Source: an uncultured Acidobacteriota bacterium (GTDB lineage Bacteria > Acidobacteriota > Terriglobia > Acidiferrales > UBA7541). Taken from it: a stretch of 64,000 bases of DNA. The notes beneath the pieces were generated by a model that was not told the DNA's origin, did not search any database, and saw nothing but the letters and a program-made list of their open reading frames with translations. The stretch's first letter is position 1. Each line of letters begins with the position of its first letter. The stretch is taken from the NCBI GenBank assembly GCA_963792515.1, contig CAWBWG010000007.1, positions 48,171-112,170 on the forward strand. The letters are read 5' to 3'. A program made the position numbers and the translations under genes. Of this stretch, positions 63,233 to 64,000 are shown piece by piece.

Positions 63233-63952
63233 TTAATGTTCGTCCACAGACTCGGACAGGATCTCTCTTTGAGGTAAGTAGGAGAATGAAGTGCAATCTT
63301 CTCCGCACGACCGATTCAGAATAGCGAGATTACTTCGAGCCGGAGCGTAGTCTGGCGCTGTCTGGACGAGCTGTATCCAGATATCGCGAGCACCCACGAG
63401 ATTTCCCATTCTCGCGTAGATGATCGCGTGGGTATTGGCTGCATCCATATCTTTTGGCTCTAGAACCAGCGCTGCGGTAATCTCCTGCAGCGCCTCCGGC
63501 AATCTGTTCTCCTTTTCATAGATCACCGCCAGATTAAAATGAGTCTCGGCGTGTTCCGGGCCGAGTAATACTGCGGTCCCCAAAGCTGCCGTTGCGCCAG
63601 GGAGATCGCGCTGGTCGTAGTAAGCAAGTCCCAAGTTCAAGAAAAGGTCCCACGCGTTGAGCCCGAGATTGATGGCTGTGCGGTACTCACTGATTTCTTT
63701 AGATACATTCCCTGTCATCCCGTACGCAAAACCCAGATGATAATGCGCCAGCGCGTTGTTTTTCTCCAACCGCAGAAGTTTGCGATGCAGGTCTATGGCG
63801 GTTGGGTAATCCTGGGCTTCCAGTGCGATATCCGCGGCAACATCGCATACTAGCTTATCCGCTGTTCTCGCCGGCGGCCCGGAAGCGATCGCGGAAGAGC
63901 ATACGAGCAGCGCTGCCGCGAGAATGCTGATATTTGCGCCAAGCTTTGGCAT
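63233..63952 (-). CDS. tetratricopeptide (TPR) repeat protein, secreted
   Basis: Signal MPKLGANISILAAALLVCSSAIA, plus several 34-aa TPR-like units (..ALAHYHLGFAYGMTGN.., ..ETHFNLAVIYEKENRLPEA..). Confidence 0.7.
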   Translation of the reverse strand: MPKLGANISILAAALLVCSSAIASGPPARTADKLVCDVAADIALEAQDYPTAIDLHRKLLRLEKNNALAHYHLGFAYGMTGNVSKEISEYRTAINLGLNAWDLFLNLGLAYYDQRDLPGATAALGTAVLLGPEHAETHFNLAVIYEKENRLPEALQEITAALVLEPKDMDAANTHAIIYARMGNLVGARDIWIQLVQTAPDYAPARSNLAILNRSCGEDCTSFSYLPQREILSESVDEH

Positions 63953-64000
63953 CGCCTACGAAACAACAGAACCGCTTATAGCGAAGAAGGTCCACCTACG

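Overview
High-GC bacterial chromosome segment. Hand counts give about 57% GC in a cytochrome-gene line and 37% in the first full sequence line (8101-8160) of the 8098 cassette gene. All protein calls come from reading the supplied translations and motifs; no database search was possible.

The gene content looks acidobacterial: a PadR regulator paired with an ADOP-type duplicated FtsX permease, BshB1, an NHL/multiheme-cytochrome operon, and many GTAG-headed REP hairpins.

1) About 1-21.4 kb is an accessory mosaic. It holds:
- an RHS/YD-repeat gene running off the left edge;
- a frame-broken mobile-element module (ArdC-N-like, RFC-like AAA+ ATPase, serine recombinase);
- a shattered SagB-type dehydrogenase;
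- a low-GC array of small unrelated ORFs separated by an array-specific hairpin repeat;
- a divergent HNH nuclease / AlbA_2 pair;
- two XRE regulators;
- a compact element (tyrosine integrase, two HTH_17 excisionase-like genes, RecA/RepA-like ATPase) with a dense TGGAAC/GTTCCA site array, abutting tRNA-Asp(GTC) and tRNA-Val(TAC).

2) 23-33 kb is a seven-gene minus-strand operon carrying 32 heme c motifs: cytochromes with 16, 4 and 12 motifs, two NHL beta-propellers, a PpiC/SurA-like PPIase and a 613-aa outer-membrane-barrel-like protein. It is flanked by a divergent ECF sigma / FecR-like anti-sigma pair. This is my best candidate for an uncharacterised system: an extracellular electron transfer conduit or a cytochrome-filament assembly locus.

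3) 36-64 kb is mostly housekeeping and envelope genes: DUF507 pair, M48 protease, bshB1, SDR, 2-oxoacid dehydrogenase E1 alpha/beta, NUDIX, a BtuF-like binding protein, PadR-ADOP, a second ECF sigma, a PPOX-type flavoprotein, a BNR propeller and a methyltransferase. There is also a HlyD / double-ATPase / two ABC-2 permease / NodT efflux operon. Its outer-membrane gene is shattered and it abuts a truncated Ser/Thr kinase gene.

Across the window I found about 25-30 frame disruptions. They are strongly clustered in two genes but also hit housekeeping genes, so assembly indels and real pseudogenisation both remain possible. No rRNA, CRISPR array or transposase gene was seen.
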